DNA from: Octopus bimaculoides
Taxonomy: Eukaryota
DNA length: 52,653 nt
Assembly (NCBI RefSeq): GCF_001194135.2
Contig: NC_068992.1
Span: 23,810,148 to 23,862,800, forward strand
Direction of reading: 5' to 3'
Part shown: positions 49,573 through 52,653 of the stretch, piece by piece
How positions within the stretch are numbered: the first letter of the stretch is position 1
Layout: the number at the start of each line of letters is the position of its first letter
Made by a program: the position numbers and the translations under genes
The notes under the pieces: model-generated
The model's database searches: none
Told to the model about the DNA's origin: nothing
The model's input: only the letters and a program-made list of their open reading frames with translations

Positions 49573-50340
49573 NTACAGCTTTGGTCCAAATTCCCCCGAC
49601 GTTAAATAAAAATGCCATAAATATTATCTATAATTCTCTATTGACTGAAACGGAAAAATGTGTCGCTGAAGAGGAACTTCAGTTTGAACAATTTTCAAGA
49701 TATTTCATATTTAGATACTTCTATTAAATGCATTCGGTTGTTCTACACATAAATATATCTTGGAATTAAATGGTTTTGCTATACTGTCAGGTGACTTTTG
49801 GCCAAACCTGTATGCATGTCTGTGTGTATATCTATTCTGTCTATCAGCCCCTTCACCCTCATTCGTTCATTCCACTGTTCGTTCTTTCATTCCCGACTCG
49901 ATCACATTTCCTTGCCTTCTCTTCTTGCTCACTTTCCCTCCACTTTTCACTTCACTGTGTCCCTGCAACATCGATATTCCTCCCTGTGCCTGTGATATCT
50001 TGTATTCCTGCCGTAAGGCTTTATTTCCACACACACCAGCTTAATTTAATTCGTCCTTAGTCGAAAGATATCTGTTGTTATGTCCTGTTATTATTTTTAT
50101 TGTATTTGTGTAACATTGTTCGTTTTTTTTCCGCCCTTGTTTTTGTATAATTTCTCTGCTTTCTTCCAAGAAATCTAATGCTCTTAGTTTAATTTTTCCT
50201 TGGGACTGGCCAGATCGGAGCAATATCGAGAATAACCACCCGAAATTGCAAAGATAATCTGGATCTCAACTGAGGAAAGAAAACTCCGAATGACCTGTCC
50301 TTGTTTTCTTTGTATCGTCTATCTGGATTTTGATAATAAC

Positions 50341-50717
50341 AACTAGAGCACTCAGAGAGTGAAAACTTCCGCCAAGGCAACATGAACCTCCTCTCAATGA
50401 TTAGCCGGAGATGATTTTTAAATTGAGAATATCTCAAACTCAACTGCTCTCAAAACGAAAATACAAAAAATGAATCCGACCGCTCTCAGTAATTTAGTTA
50501 AAAATAACAAATCAGGAAAATGATCCAGAATTCTTGTCCGGTACCGTATCAATCCTGAAATCTAATCAGTTCGTGCTAGGCACGAGGCCAAACATCTCTG
50601 AAAGTTCCATCCGTATCCGTGCGGCGCTCCTTGAGATATCTTGTCTACGGACAAACAAACGAACAAACAAACAAACACGACTGTAAACAATACCACCGGT
50701 TTCGCTAAAGGGGAGTT
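50341..50717. mobile_element. Probable non-autonomous Helentron-type element (HINE/DINE-1-like)
   Basis: Starts AACTAGAGCACTCAGAGAG..CTTCCGCCAAGG. Internal (ACAA)n at 50651-50676, then a decayed terminal hairpin ACCACCGGTTTCGCTAAAGGGGAGT. AA (TT on minus) flanks. Layout recognised from memory; the hairpin is poorly preserved. Confidence 0.42.
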
Positions 50718-50845
50718 AATAATAATAACTAATTGTAATGATAATTCATGCAGATTGCTGTTACTCTTCAGGAAGGTAAATATACAACAAGAGTGCGATG
50801 CATGTATTCCATTACATATCACATGGCAGTCTTCATATTGCGTAA

Positions 50846-51039
50846 GGATAATAATGGTTTCAAATTTTGGCCAGCTATTTTGAAGGATGTTTTAAGTTGA
50901 TTTCATCAATTCCCAGCGCTCAGCTGGTACTTAATGTATCGATCTCGAGAGGATGAAACGCAAAGTCAGACACAGCGGAATTTGAACTGAGAACGTAAAG
51001 ACAGACAAAATGCGGCCAAGCAGTTTGCCCGACATGCCC
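50846..51039 (-). mobile_element. SINE family B
   Basis: CTGGTACTTAATGTATCGA..GGATGAAACGCAAAGTC..GGAATTTGAACTGAGAACGTAAAGACAGAC. Confidence 0.8.
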
Positions 51040-51040
51040 G

Positions 51041-51119
51041 ATAACTTTTTATCTCTTGACGTCTCTGGGTGTGCCTTCTAGCCGATTTGTACAAATACAA
51101 AGCAAAATTCAAACATATG

Positions 51120-51156
<37 letters not shown>

Positions 51157-51190
51157 TGATAATAATAAAAATAATGATAATGAATATGAT
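51041..51190 (+). mobile_element. Dong/R4-like family 2, 3' UTR fragment with (TAA)n tail
   Basis: TAACTT..TCTCTTGACGTCTCTGGGTG..TTGTACAAATACAAAGCAAAATTCAAACATA matches 38264-38340. Confidence 0.8.
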
Positions 51191-51300
51191 TCATTCTCCA
51201 CCGGTCAAAATATATAATCTGAAACCAAATATAAAATTAAATAAATTATTATTATTATTACTGTTGTTGTTGTTGTTGTTGTTGCTGTGTTGTTGTTCTC
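51117..51300. repeat. (AAT)n then (ATT)n/(GTT)n microsatellites
   Basis: Direct inspection. Confidence 0.85.
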
Positions 51301-52359
51301 GTTGTTAGACACAAAAGATTTTAACAATATTTTATGCAATTCCTAGTTGCATTTATTTTAAAACACGGCTAGGGATTCTACCGTCCATTTTAACTCTTTC
51401 ACATGGAAAGCAGATATAACCACTCAGAATTATCTCGGCGTTAATTGCTGAAAGCAATTTCACACCAACGGTTTTGAAAAAAATACCACTTCCGACGTTG
51501 CCACATTTTTTTTTTTTTTAATTTTTTTTTTGTTTACAAAAGATAATCTCGCAGAATTTTTATAATATTTTCACATATTTCATTGAATATCTCTTTGCAG
51601 AGCGAGAACGGAATAGTGATGAATATGGAAACCGAACCTGCAGGAGATACTTGGGGAAAGGCATTGCAGAAGTAGAAAAATATCAATAATAATTTTTGGG
51701 CGATTTTTAACATCATTACGAGAATAGCCATAGGAATAAATCGCGCAGTGTGAGAGTTAATACGGGATATAATCTAGACTTTTCAATAATATTATCTGGA
51801 GAGCTGTTGTGTTTACTGCGTCACTAAACCACTATTGAATAGAAATACACATGTCCACGCAACGCAAGCTAAAGATTATATTCGTGTTCTGAGAGAAGAG
51901 GGGGAGAAGTAGGAGGAATGTTTTGGGAAGGTGGGTGTATATGTAGAGGAAATTGGTAGTAGAGTAGTGTCGTGTAAAGCCTGAAGTAGCAGGAAATATG
52001 GTTCAGATAAAGTGAAACAACTGTAGACGATGGGAAATTGCAGATGTCAACAGCTGGTTAATTAAGCAATTTCGCTGACATCATATTACAACGCAGATCA
52101 GTGAACCTTGATAGGCCTCTCTAATACACAAGAGTGAGTTGTAAGAGTTGATACCTAAACACAGGAAAAACTATTTATACATGTATGGGTGTGTTGATGC
52201 GTGTGTGTGTGTGTGTGAGTATGTGTGTGTCAGTCAAAGAGGGAGAGAAAGAGAAAGAGGATAGAGAGAGAGAAAGAAAAAGAGAGAGACTATAAATCTA
52301 TGCGTCAAATGTATTGTGTCCTCTTGATGTTTATGAAGACAAATGTCGTGGTTCAGTAC

Positions 52360-52609
52360 ACACACACATACACACACACACAAATATATAAATATATATA
52401 TATATATATATCTCAATATATATTTATATATTATATATACATGCAAGTATATATAATGTATGCTGTATTTATGTATCTATGTATATATGCATGCGTCACA
52501 AATATATATATATGCATGCGTCACAAATATATATATATGCATATAATATTTACACATAATATATATGCACGTACGTGTAAAATGCATACCTATATAATAT
52601 ATAATGTAC

Positions 52610-52653
<44 letters not shown>
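52360..52653. repeat. (AC)n/(AT)n microsatellites with a short tandem duplication
   Basis: TATATATGCATGCGTCACAAA occurs twice. Terminal (AT)n. Confidence 0.9.

Noticed and set aside
50050-50310. Two partial hammerhead look-alikes (GTCGAAAGATATC; CTGAGGAAAGAAAACTCCGAATGACCTGTC)
   Set aside because: Stems I/II do not close and GAAA or the core is broken. They may be Penelope-end relics, but this is unsupported from single copies.

Overview
Eukaryotic, AT-rich, microsatellite-dense draft-assembly segment with nine N-gaps. I find no convincing intact protein-coding gene. The long ORFs in the track are either read-through of microsatellites and N-gaps or decayed retrotransposon frames. The SINE families and repeat style resemble those I recall from Octopus (coleoid cephalopod) genomes; this is an inference, not a database match. 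Recognisable content: (i) about 17 copies or fragments of two tRNA-like SINE families, called A and B here; (ii) several relics of RLE-endonuclease (R4/Dong-like) LINEs from two families; (iii) RTE-clade LINE fragments, one with twin-priming-like inverted geometry; (iv) a CR1/L2-like 3' end; (v) a small mariner deletion derivative and a probable Helentron-type non-autonomous element; (vi) three long inverted-repeat (foldback) structures. The most interesting signal is a set of hammerhead-ribozyme-like folds: a nearly complete type I hammerhead at 468-545 with a GUC site, and a two-copy family of minimal hammerheads with a variant CUGUUGA/CUGUGGA core (3031-3067 minus, 33293-33326 plus). These resemble Penelope-like-element or retrozyme termini. 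All alignments, translations and pairings were done by eye, and boundaries of decayed elements are approximate.
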